Positions 45,484 through 53,562 of a stretch of 55,186 nucleotides of DNA are shown piece by piece. Source of the DNA: a virus (lineage: Duplodnaviria > Caudoviricetes). The first letter of the stretch is position 1; each line of letters starts with the position of its first letter. The stretch spans positions 1 to 55,186 of IMG/VR virus record IMGVR_UViG_3300037587_000342; one strand, 5' to 3'. The notes beneath the pieces are model-generated. The model did no database searches, was not told the DNA's origin, and saw only the letters and a program-made list of their open reading frames with translations. The translations under genes and the position numbers were made by a program.

Positions 45484-45935
45484 GCTTCGTTACCACTGAA
45501 ACGGCCACGGTCTACAAGGGCGGCGGCCGGCGGTTCTTCACTCGCTACCACGCCTACCGTCACGCGGCCAAGGCGCTCCTGCGGGATCGGATGGAGCGCG
45601 ACGACTACGACGCGCTGGTGTCGCCACCATGGATCCACACGCCTGAAGGGGGCGAGGAGTCAGCCGAACCAACGAACACCGATGGTCGCGGCGAGCGTTG
45701 GCTCCGATGCGTTGCCGGCATGATTCGCTACTGGCAGTGGAAGGACGGCGTGACGGCTCGGCCGCGCAAGGTGCCGTGGGTGAACGGACACGGGTTTGAT
45801 TGGTCGACGAAGCGGAAGCCCAAGGCCCTGCGCTGCGAGATCCTGGCCGCGTTGGGGTTGCCGCAGAACGCATCGCTCGACGATGTGAAGCAGCAGATCG
45901 CAAATGGAAGTAACGAAAGGAGACACGATGGCTGA
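45480..45935 (+). CDS. Hypothetical protein
   Basis: GTGA overlap; VY.GGGRRFFT. Confidence 0.65.
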   Translation: MSFVTTETATVYKGGGRRFFTRYHAYRHAAKALLRDRMERDDYDALVSPPWIHTPEGGEESAEPTNTDGRGERWLRCVAGMIRYWQWKDGVTARPRKVPWVNGHGFDWSTKRKPKALRCEILAALGLPQNASLDDVKQQIANGSNERRHDG

Positions 45936-46140
45936 CCGCAAACTCGTGGAAGGCAGAGAGCGTTACGAGATCGGCGACGGCGCCAAGACCCGAACCGGCG
46001 TGAAGGACCTCGGCGTCACGCTGGTCTGGGGCAAGGGCCGCAAAGTCGAATCCGTCTCGGTGGACCACCGGGTCCTGACCCGCAAGGGCATCGAGAGCCT
46101 GATGCTGCTCGTGAAGCACCGTGAGGAGAAGCGGGGATGA
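45928..46140 (+). CDS. Hypothetical protein
   Basis: AAAGGAG RBS. Confidence 0.7.
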   Translation: MADRKLVEGRERYEIGDGAKTRTGVKDLGVTLVWGKGRKVESVSVDHRVLTRKGIESLMLLVKHREEKRG

Positions 46141-46637
46141 GCCTCATGATCGGCGTCGATCCTGGCGCCAAGTGCGGAATCGCGGTGGTGCGGGAGGCGC
46201 CGAACAAGGTGCCTGAGTGCCTGTGGACCGCGACGGTGGGGATCGACAAGTTGAGTGTGGCGTTGCCGACGTTGCTGGACAGCTGGCGGCTCGACTTCAC
46301 GGTGCCGTTCTGCGTCGAGACCGCGAGCTTCCATGCGCACCGGGGTTCATCGCAACGCAGCGCGACGATCTGTGCTCGGAACGCAGGCTTCATCCACGGC
46401 TACCTGGTCGGTGCTGGTGTCGATCGAATCGAGATCGTGACGGTGGCGCAGACCCGGAAGGCGCTGGGGCTCTCCGGCAACTGCTCCAAGAAGGAGCTAC
46501 ACGCATTTCTGGAGAACCCGTCGGTTGTGTGTGGAGAACGTGGCAGCAACGAGCACACGCGGGATGCGATCGCGATCGCGCTCGCCGGCCACTCTCGGAT
46601 TCGACAGCGGGAAGTTCTTGATCGGGCCCGAGAGTGA
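46137..46637 (+). CDS. RuvC-like Holliday junction resolvase
   Basis: IGVDPG, CVE, GN.SK, H.RDAIAIA. Confidence 0.85.
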   Translation: MSLMIGVDPGAKCGIAVVREAPNKVPECLWTATVGIDKLSVALPTLLDSWRLDFTVPFCVETASFHAHRGSSQRSATICARNAGFIHGYLVGAGVDRIEIVTVAQTRKALGLSGNCSKKELHAFLENPSVVCGERGSNEHTRDAIAIALAGHSRIRQREVLDRARE

Positions 46638-46650
46638 GGCATGATGCGGG

Positions 46651-46780
46651 TGGCAGAGATATGGAACGGACCGCACCCTTCACGACTTCCAAGCAGTCCG
46701 ACCCCGCGCCAGCGGTTCGCCATATCTCTGCCAGAGTGTGGTGCGCGACGCAGCCGGGGTCGGACGCCTTGGGAGCCGTG
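46651..46780 (+). ncRNA. Candidate cis-regulatory structured RNA upstream of the initiator
   Basis: Interleaved perfect inverted repeats of 14 bp (46651-64/46720-33) and 11 bp (46696-706/46755-65). Confidence 0.6.
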
Positions 46781-46781
46781 C

Positions 46782-47462
46782 ATGGCGCGTAAGAAGCGGC
46801 GACCGTCGCCAGCGTTCCCGATGTACCCCAAGGACTTCCTGGGGGACGTGAACACGATCACGATGACCGCCGAGGAGTTCGGCGCGTACTCGTTACTGAT
46901 CCTGCACGCCTGGGAGCAGGGTGCCGAGTTGCGCTACGACCTCGATGAGCTCTCGGCGCTCGCCAGGGTCAAGCGCCCCAAGTTCGACAAGATGTGGGAG
47001 CAGAAGTTGTCCCGGTGCTTCACCGTAGCGCGCAGCAAACGAACCATTTCGAACCCCCGACAGAGACGGGAAGCTGTAAAACAGCGTAGGTATTCTGCAT
47101 CACAATCCACAAAGGCTAGGCAGCGTTGGGATAACGACGATGCTGCGGCAGTGCCGGGGGATAGCCGGGGCAGTGCCGCGGGTATGCCCCCAACTCCTAC
47201 TCCTACTCCTCCTTCATCTCTAGACGTACGTACGTCGGAGGATCTGAGCAGGGTTCGCTGCAACCGCTGTCCGACCGATGGGGAGCACTGGGGGCTGCTG
47301 TACGCCGGCACCAAGGATCAGACAACCTGCCGCTGCAAACGGGGCAAGGCTCGCAAGAAGTGGTACGCGCAGAAATGCGATCGCGAGGAGCAGGACGCAG
47401 GACGTTCACGCGGGAAGCGTGGTGATGGCCCGACGCGGATCGGGCCTGGAGACGTGGCGTGA
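46782..47462 (+). CDS. DUF1376 (YdaU-like) replication initiator
   Basis: PAFPMYPKDFL.D...MTAEE.GAY.LL...W; NPR; PTPTP linker. Confidence 0.85.
   Translation: MARKKRRPSPAFPMYPKDFLGDVNTITMTAEEFGAYSLLILHAWEQGAELRYDLDELSALARVKRPKFDKMWEQKLSRCFTVARSKRTISNPRQRREAVKQRRYSASQSTKARQRWDNDDAAAVPGDSRGSAAGMPPTPTPTPPSSLDVRTSEDLSRVRCNRCPTDGEHWGLLYAGTKDQTTCRCKRGKARKKWYAQKCDREEQDAGRSRGKRGDGPTRIGPGDVA
47145..47220. repeat. Putative origin: 4 x 11-bp iterons plus a pyrimidine-rich tract
   Basis: GCGGCAGTGCC GGGGGATAGCC GGGGCAGTGCC GCGGGTATGCC, then (ACTCCT)x3. Confidence 0.7.
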
Positions 47463-47644
47463 GCGCCAAGAAGATCACGCACTGCCGGAACCCGCGCTGC
47501 GGCAAGCGACTCACGCCCATCCAGATCAAGCGCAAGAACCACTTCTGCTCGCACCACTGCAGCATCTGGGATAAGCGGCATCGGAAGTGGAACACGGTGC
47601 CAGTGGAGTTCGAGACCGTGAAGAGCAGGAGGAACGATGCCTGA
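47459..47644 (+). CDS. Small Zn-finger protein
   Basis: C....C..FCS..C. Confidence 0.65.
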   Translation: MSAKKITHCRNPRCGKRLTPIQIKRKNHFCSHHCSIWDKRHRKWNTVPVEFETVKSRRNDA

Positions 47645-47963
47645 CACCCCCAGCTTGAGGGACGCGCTGGAGCGGGAGGAAGCCTGCGACCCCGACGGCT
47701 ACGCGATGGTCAGGCACGGCTGGTTGGCTGACGTTCTCCGCGCCGCTCTCGCCGCTCCACGGGTAGACCTGAAGGTGGTCGATGGCCTGCTGATAGCGCG
47801 CTGCCCGAAGTGCCGCGCGTGTTCCTGGAAGCATCGCGGGGAGGATGGGCTGCGGTGCTGCGAGTGCAACGAGCCGTACCCCGACCAGACCATCGCAGTC
47901 GCCGCGCTGGCCGCTACCCCCCTGGGTGGTGGAGAAGTACACAACCGAAAGGACAAACCATGA
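47637..47963 (+). CDS. Zn-ribbon protein
   Basis: CPKC..CCEC; AGGAGG RBS. Confidence 0.65.
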   Translation: MPDTPSLRDALEREEACDPDGYAMVRHGWLADVLRAALAAPRVDLKVVDGLLIARCPKCRACSWKHRGEDGLRCCECNEPYPDQTIAVAALAATPLGGGEVHNRKDKP

Positions 47964-48142
47964 AGCGCGTAATCGAAGTGAAGGCTGGCAACGTCAAGAT
48001 CAAGGCCGAGGTCAACATGGTGGGGTTGACTCGCTACGAGATTGAACGAATCGTCAGCGAGTTGGCCGATCGGCTCATGCTCGCAGCGAAGGACCTCCCC
48101 TACGATGTCGGCGGCAACCTCAGTCGGCAGAAGGTCCGATGA
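47960..48142 (+). CDS. Hypothetical protein
   Basis: AAAGGA RBS; coupled. Confidence 0.65.
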   Translation: MKRVIEVKAGNVKIKAEVNMVGLTRYEIERIVSELADRLMLAAKDLPYDVGGNLSRQKVR

Positions 48143-48357
48143 ACTGCTCCGGCTGCGGCGGGATGTGCGACCGATACGAGCGTGGGTGGGAGTGCCGCGA
48201 CTGCGGTGACCGCTACGACCCGTTCGGGCATCTCGCTGCACCGGACAAGAAGATCGGCGAACGCAGGGTGCCGCTACGACTGTTCGTCATCGAGCACAAG
48301 GGCCGCGATCCCGGCACTTCCGGCAGGACTTACGGAGGAGACACCAATGCCCCCTGA
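48139..48357 (+). CDS. Zn-ribbon protein
   Basis: CSGC..CRDC. Confidence 0.6.
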   Translation: MNCSGCGGMCDRYERGWECRDCGDRYDPFGHLAAPDKKIGERRVPLRLFVIEHKGRDPGTSGRTYGGDTNAP

Positions 48358-48874
48358 CCCCACCCCCCAGGACCAGACCGAGAGTGAGGTTGCCAGAGTG
48401 GAGCAAGCCGAGTGTCGCTTCCAGGAAGGCGTGCAGGCCAGCAAGGACCGCGCCGACGCCAAGAAGCCGCGCATTCACAGCGAGCCGGCGATCAAGCGCG
48501 ACCCCGATTGCCCATGGAAGGTCTTCCAGGGCGAGGTCGATTGGGTTGTTGCCAAGGACGCAGAGGATGCGCTTGCAGCCCTAGCCGAACACTACGGCGA
48601 CCCCTATCACAAGACCGTAGGAATTTCGGAAGCCGAGGCGCGAGAGGAATGGGAGGTGCCTTGCGATCCCGACAGCCCGCTCACCATCTGGATCGAACCC
48701 GATGAGTGGAGCTTCCGTGAGCCGAAGGCCGGCGAGGTCTACGCGCGGCAATGGCCTATCGTGACGCGCTATCACTCGACGGACCCAGAGTTCTGGCTCG
48801 TCAAGCAGACGGCCCCGAAGTGGTGGTGGGCGCAGACGAACGGGCGGGGATTCCTCTGCTCGACGGAGTACTAG
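48347..48874 (+). CDS. Hypothetical protein
   Basis: GGAGGAG RBS; DWVVA..GRGFLCSTEY. Confidence 0.75.
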   Translation: MPPDPTPQDQTESEVARVEQAECRFQEGVQASKDRADAKKPRIHSEPAIKRDPDCPWKVFQGEVDWVVAKDAEDALAALAEHYGDPYHKTVGISEAEAREEWEVPCDPDSPLTIWIEPDEWSFREPKAGEVYARQWPIVTRYHSTDPEFWLVKQTAPKWWWAQTNGRGFLCSTEY

Positions 48875-48875
48875 C

Positions 48876-49094
48876 GTGGCTGACGTGACCCCCCAGGACC
48901 AGGAATACCGCGCAGGGCAGGCCGTCGAGGTGCAGCGAGGGTTCGGCGACGAGTGGGTGCGCGGGCGCGTGGAGTCCGTCTTCCTCTCCTACTTCGCCAA
49001 CTCCGTCGTCGTGCGGTTTGACGAATGCCCGCTGCCGACCGACACCGTGCGCGGCGCGTTCACGCCGGGCGTTGGGATTCGCCATGCCCGCTGA
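48876..49094 (+). CDS. Small SH3/Tudor-like beta protein
   Basis: GQAVEV...W..GRV...V.FD. Confidence 0.6.
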   Translation: MADVTPQDQEYRAGQAVEVQRGFGDEWVRGRVESVFLSYFANSVVVRFDECPLPTDTVRGAFTPGVGIRHAR

Positions 49095-49584
49095 GCCGAC
49101 CAAGCAGGAGCAGTGGAAGCCGATTCCGCGATTCCCGCAATACGAGGCCAGCGATCAAGGTCGTATTCGCGGGCGGAAGGTGCTCAAACCGTGGACAGAC
49201 CACGGGGGTTATCGATGCGTGGCGGTTCGCGCCCACAACAAGAAGCGCACGACGAAGGTTCACGTGCTTGTGTTGGGGGCGTTTGTTGGCCCACGCCCAG
49301 AAGGCTACGAATGCTCCCACGAGAACGGTGACCAACTGGACAACCGGCTTTCGAATCTCCGATGGGCCACATCCAGTCACAACAAGCGCAAGCAGCAAGA
49401 ACACGGCACCGCTTCGCGGGGCGAGCGTCATGCGTTGGCGAAGCTGGACGAGAATGCGGTCAGGGCGATCCGTCGCCTAGCCGCTGATGGCGAGTCGCAT
49501 TCTGGCCTCGCTCGCCGCTACGCCGTCAGCCAGAGCCTGATCTGGGCGGTCATCCATCGGAGAAGTTGGGCGCATGTCTCCTAG
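49084..49584 (+). CDS. NUMOD4-HNH homing endonuclease
   Basis: WKPIP..YEASDQGRIR; VH.LV..AF.GP..H.NG...DN...NLRW. Confidence 0.92.
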   Translation: MPAEPTKQEQWKPIPRFPQYEASDQGRIRGRKVLKPWTDHGGYRCVAVRAHNKKRTTKVHVLVLGAFVGPRPEGYECSHENGDQLDNRLSNLRWATSSHNKRKQQEHGTASRGERHALAKLDENAVRAIRRLAADGESHSGLARRYAVSQSLIWAVIHRRSWAHVS

Positions 49585-49837
49585 CGAGCAGGACGCAGAG
49601 CGGGCGCGGGAGAGCGCAGGCCCGTGCCTTTACGCAGACCCCGACTGCATCACGTGGGGGGCTCAACTGCCCTGTGCGCCGTGCGAGGAAACCGAGCGAA
49701 CTGCCACCGCCCTCGCGGAGCAGCGGGAGCGGCATGAGGATGCCGTCAACGATCTGGTAGAGCAATCTCAGCGCGACCAGGCAGTCAAGTTCACTCGCGC
49801 CAACGTCATCGCCGCCATCAGGAAGGGCACCGCATGA
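49574..49837 (+). CDS. Hypothetical protein
   Basis: Coupled. Confidence 0.55.
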   Translation: MSPSEQDAERARESAGPCLYADPDCITWGAQLPCAPCEETERTATALAEQRERHEDAVNDLVEQSQRDQAVKFTRANVIAAIRKGTA

Positions 49838-49983
49838 CCGAGAAGTCCTACTGCCCGAAGTGCGAGACCGATCGAGAGCACATCTGCGGCGTCGGCAAGA
49901 TGGACGGTGTGGCCGTCTACTTCCCGATCTACCCAGGCGTGGACTACGGCGGGCCAGAGCCGATTGAGGAAGGAGATCAGTAG
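49834..49983 (+). CDS. 49-aa hypothetical protein
   Basis: ATGA overlap; CPKC. Confidence 0.5.
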   Translation: MTEKSYCPKCETDREHICGVGKMDGVAVYFPIYPGVDYGGPEPIEEGDQ

Positions 49984-49985
49984 GC

Positions 49986-50366
49986 ATGACTGACTCACCC
50001 AAGGAAGACGGGCAGAGGGGCATTGAGGGGCTTGGCGATGGTCTTGCAGAGGCGTGGGCCAAGTACGCGGAGTTCTTCGGAGAGCCGCCGCACGGCACAG
50101 TCGCGCAGATGCGCGCACTGTGCTGCTTACTGCCCACCACCGCCCTAGAGGCAGTCCGTACCAAGGCGCTGGGTGAGCCTGTGTGCTGGATAGCGATGTG
50201 CGCTGAGGGCTGCCCGCCGAGCGATGAGCCGGTAGCTTTTGTCAGGAAGAAGTGGGCGGAGCAGAACGCGAAAGCGGCTGATCGTTGGTCGTGCGGACCA
50301 CACGCGGTTGTCCCGCTCTACACCGCACCCCCTACAGCTACAGACGAGGGGCTGGAGCCGCAGTGA
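49986..50366 (+). CDS. Hypothetical protein
   Basis: AAGGAG RBS; EPV.W...VVPLYTAP. Confidence 0.65.
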   Translation: MTDSPKEDGQRGIEGLGDGLAEAWAKYAEFFGEPPHGTVAQMRALCCLLPTTALEAVRTKALGEPVCWIAMCAEGCPPSDEPVAFVRKKWAEQNAKAADRWSCGPHAVVPLYTAPPTATDEGLEPQ

Positions 50367-50692
50367 GCAAGCACGTGATCGACCTCCTCGGCCGCGCCCG
50401 CGCCTTCATCGAACGGGGCTGGGTGCAGGGCACGTTCGCGGTGAACGATGCGGACGAGCCCGTAGACCCGACTGATCCCGGCGCGATCGCCTGGTGCGTG
50501 TACGGGGCGATACTGGCGGCGCGGGAGGAACTTGGCCTGACCTGGGTGCGGGCAGCTTGGATCGCGGTCGCGACGACGGTGGAGTGTCGTGGCGCGCTGG
50601 GCGACTGGAACGACAGTCTCATCCGGACGAAGCCGGACGTGTTGCGGGCGATCGACTGGACGCAGGAGCGACTACGCAAGGAGGCACGATGA
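50363..50692 (+). CDS. DUF6197-like protein
   Basis: GW.QG..WC..GAI..WND..RT..DV. Confidence 0.7.
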   Translation: MSKHVIDLLGRARAFIERGWVQGTFAVNDADEPVDPTDPGAIAWCVYGAILAAREELGLTWVRAAWIAVATTVECRGALGDWNDSLIRTKPDVLRAIDWTQERLRKEAR

Positions 50693-51966
50693 AGGACGAT
50701 GCCATTCAGGCAACGGTGATGGCACTGGACAAGATCAGGGCCGAGAAGAAGTTCAAGCACCGCGCCAAGAAGGCGGGGTGGACGGAGAACGAACCCGACG
50801 AGTTGATGCCTCACTGCAAGGATTGTGATTCGCGGGCGGAATGGGCTGGGGGTGTCCGCAGCGATGACGTTCAGGTCGCGCGGAGTGGAGCGCCGCTCAT
50901 TGGCGTGTATCGCTGCACACCCTGCCTCCAGAAGCACCTAGAACAGCAGGAGACGCCGCAAATCGACAGCTGGATCTGCGACGCCAAGTGCGGCACGGTC
51001 ATCAAGATCGCGGTCGATCCACACGCCATTGAGGCCGGCGACTCCGAGAGGCGCTACTGCCAGCCGTGTGCCGAGGCGCGCGGGTTGTGGCCGAAGCCTG
51101 TGGAGCCATTTCCACAGGACACAGAGCCCCGTTCTGCGCCGAACGGAGGCTGCGGCAGGCGCCTCGCGCAACACGAGGATGATGAATACTGCCGCAAGGT
51201 CGCAGTCGCCACGATCAAGCCTGGGGAGAAGATCGGCAACCCGTGGCGAGCGTGCGAAGAGCACACACAGACAGCCGAGAAGGCGAATCTGCCAGTGACG
51301 GTGATCAAGCGCGACATGCCGAAGCCGGTTGCGCCAGGCGGGATCGTGAAGGGCCGGCGCCTCGGGATCACAAAGTCATCGCGTCTCGTTGGTTGCCCCG
51401 AGGGCAAGACGGAGGCGATCGTGCCGCTGCCTCCCGGAACGGAGCTCCCGGTAGTCCTCTATGAATCCTGCGGCTGCTACGACTGCGGGCTCGAGCGAAG
51501 CAACGAGAAGTTCCTGCAGCGCATCGTGCTGGAGTGGCCGAGCGGGCATCGGGAGCCGGCGCGTGCCGCGATCCTCGATCATCGGCTCCACGGGATGATG
51601 GTCGGGGCCAAGATCATCGACCCCAAGCAGGTCAGCGACCGAGATCCCTGGCAGGGAACGTGGTGCATCGCATCGCTGGAGCCGCGGCCAGATGGGAGCG
51701 TGGCTGTTCGGGCGATGAATCAGCGCGGGCGCAACTACACCTTCTGCGGCCCTGTGATTCGTTGGACCCACGACTTCTCACGCTGCTTCAAGATCCAGGA
51801 TGCCGAACGCACAGCGGCGCGCAAGGAAACCGCCGAGAACCCGAGCGAGGAGCGGGTCACGGCACTTCAGCAGCACGCGGACGATGATGTGCGCCGACAG
51901 CGGTACTGGCATCCCGCGCCGGGCCGGCCGGAGCCGCGCGGCTGGGACCGGAAGTTCACAATCTGA
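50689..51966 (+). CDS. Mosaic Cys-rich protein with terminase Walker A-like and TMP-like segments
   Basis: AAGGAGG RBS; several CxxC; PGGIVKGRRLGIT...EAIVPL. Confidence 0.8.
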   Translation: MKDDAIQATVMALDKIRAEKKFKHRAKKAGWTENEPDELMPHCKDCDSRAEWAGGVRSDDVQVARSGAPLIGVYRCTPCLQKHLEQQETPQIDSWICDAKCGTVIKIAVDPHAIEAGDSERRYCQPCAEARGLWPKPVEPFPQDTEPRSAPNGGCGRRLAQHEDDEYCRKVAVATIKPGEKIGNPWRACEEHTQTAEKANLPVTVIKRDMPKPVAPGGIVKGRRLGITKSSRLVGCPEGKTEAIVPLPPGTELPVVLYESCGCYDCGLERSNEKFLQRIVLEWPSGHREPARAAILDHRLHGMMVGAKIIDPKQVSDRDPWQGTWCIASLEPRPDGSVAVRAMNQRGRNYTFCGPVIRWTHDFSRCFKIQDAERTAARKETAENPSEERVTALQQHADDDVRRQRYWHPAPGRPEPRGWDRKFTI

Positions 51967-53006
51967 TGGGCGTAGAGACGGGGATTCAATGGACAGACAG
52001 CACATGGAACGTCGTGCGTGGCTGTTCCAAGGTCAGCGCCGGCTGCAAGAATTGTTACGCGGAGCGGGAGGCCAATCGGCACGGCGGTCCGGGTCGGCCC
52101 TACGAGGGCTTGGTCAAGGATGGCCGGTGGACGGGTGAGGTGCGACTGATCGAGAAGCACCTTCTCGATCCGCTGCGCTGGCAGAAGCCGCGCCGGGTGT
52201 TCGTGAACAGCATGTCGGACCTGTTCCACGAGGAGGTTGCTGACGAGACGATCGACCGCATCTTCGCGGTGATGGCGCTGGCGCCGCGCCACCAGTTCCA
52301 AGTGCTGACGAAGCGCGCAGAGCGGATGCAGGCCTACCTCTCCACGCCGAAGCGGCAGGCAACGGTTCTTGGATGTGCGTGGGAGATGCTGGGGAACACG
52401 AAGTACCGGCTGACGAAATACCGACACGAGAACGTTGTGAGCCGTCCCTGGCCGCTCCCGAATGCCTGGATGGGCGTAAGCGCGGCGGATCAGGAAACGC
52501 TGGAGTCGCGGCTCGACCACCTACACCGGACGCCGGCCGCAGTGCGGTTCCTGAGCCTGGAGCCGCTCGTGGGTGCGATCGACCTAGAGGGCGCTGGCGC
52601 AATCGAACGGGATAGCGTCGGCGGTAACACTCCCGGTGAAGGCGAGTCGTTCACGCGCGGTCTGCTGGACTGGGTGATCGTCGGCGGCGAGAGCGGGCCC
52701 GGCGCTCGGCCGTGCGATGTGGTGTGGGTCGAACGCATCGTGGCAGACTGTGGCACAGCTGGTGTCCCGTGCTTCGTGAAGCAGTTGGGGGGAAACGCCA
52801 CAGATGCCCGTCTGCGAGACGTTTGGGGCCCGACCGGGAAGCACCACTACACCCGGCCATTCGGTGACCCGCTGCTCGACGAGGCGATGGAATGTGATGG
52901 CTACACGGTCACGGACCACAAGCTCAGTCGATTGATCGCTGCCAAGAAGGGCGACAGCCCGGAGCAGTGGCCTGAGCACCTACGGGTGCAGGAGTGGCCG
53001 GCATGA
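51966..53006 (+). CDS. Phage Gp37/Gp68 (DUF5131) protein
   Basis: IQWTD.TWN...GC.KVSAGC.NCYA, FVNSMSDLFH, LTKR, WVIVGGESG, FVKQ.G. Confidence 0.93.
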   Translation: MGVETGIQWTDSTWNVVRGCSKVSAGCKNCYAEREANRHGGPGRPYEGLVKDGRWTGEVRLIEKHLLDPLRWQKPRRVFVNSMSDLFHEEVADETIDRIFAVMALAPRHQFQVLTKRAERMQAYLSTPKRQATVLGCAWEMLGNTKYRLTKYRHENVVSRPWPLPNAWMGVSAADQETLESRLDHLHRTPAAVRFLSLEPLVGAIDLEGAGAIERDSVGGNTPGEGESFTRGLLDWVIVGGESGPGARPCDVVWVERIVADCGTAGVPCFVKQLGGNATDARLRDVWGPTGKHHYTRPFGDPLLDEAMECDGYTVTDHKLSRLIAAKKGDSPEQWPEHLRVQEWPA

Positions 53007-53329
53007 ACCTCCCCCTCTTCGATGGCCAGCCGAGCGCCCGCGACTTCAACAAGCCGAACCTGCGCAGGGCGTGGAAGAAGTTCCGGGCCGAAAACCCCGA
53101 GGTATGGAAGAAACTGGTGCGCCGCTCGCTCCAGCTGCGGATCCGGGGCGTGAAGCGGATCGGGATCGCCACGCTGTTCGAGGCGATGCGGTACGACCAC
53201 ATCCTGAAGACCGCCAGTGACGACGACTGGAAGCTCAACCAGAATCACCGGGCGTACGCGGCGCGTGACCTGATGTTCGAGATCCCTGGGCTGGAGGGAC
53301 TGTTCGAAGTGCGCGGGGTGCGTTCGTAG
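53003..53329 (+). CDS. Conserved hypothetical phage protein
   Basis: F..ENPEV, FE.MR, KLN.NHRA..AR, F..R. Confidence 0.7.
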   Translation: MNLPLFDGQPSARDFNKPNLRRAWKKFRAENPEVWKKLVRRSLQLRIRGVKRIGIATLFEAMRYDHILKTASDDDWKLNQNHRAYAARDLMFEIPGLEGLFEVRGVRS

Positions 53330-53358
53330 TAGGATCTTCACGTCCACCGGGAGGGACG

Positions 53359-53562
53359 ATGGCGGAACGCGGACAATACACCGTCGCAGTTTTCAGTGTG
53401 TGGTGTCCCTTCTGTGGTGCGCCGCGCTTTCGTTACTGCGCGACCTGGGCACCCGACAGGAAGCCGCCGAAGTTCTGGAAGCGTGCCGGCCGACCGCACA
53501 TGGCGCGGGTCCGGCTTGCCGCTGAAATGCCGCAGCCACAGCGCCGGAGGACCGATGCCTGA
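53359..53562 (+). CDS. Phage Zn-finger protein
   Basis: CPFCGA..C..H.AR. Confidence 0.65.
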   Translation: MAERGQYTVAVFSVWCPFCGAPRFRYCATWAPDRKPPKFWKRAGRPHMARVRLAAEMPQPQRRRTDA

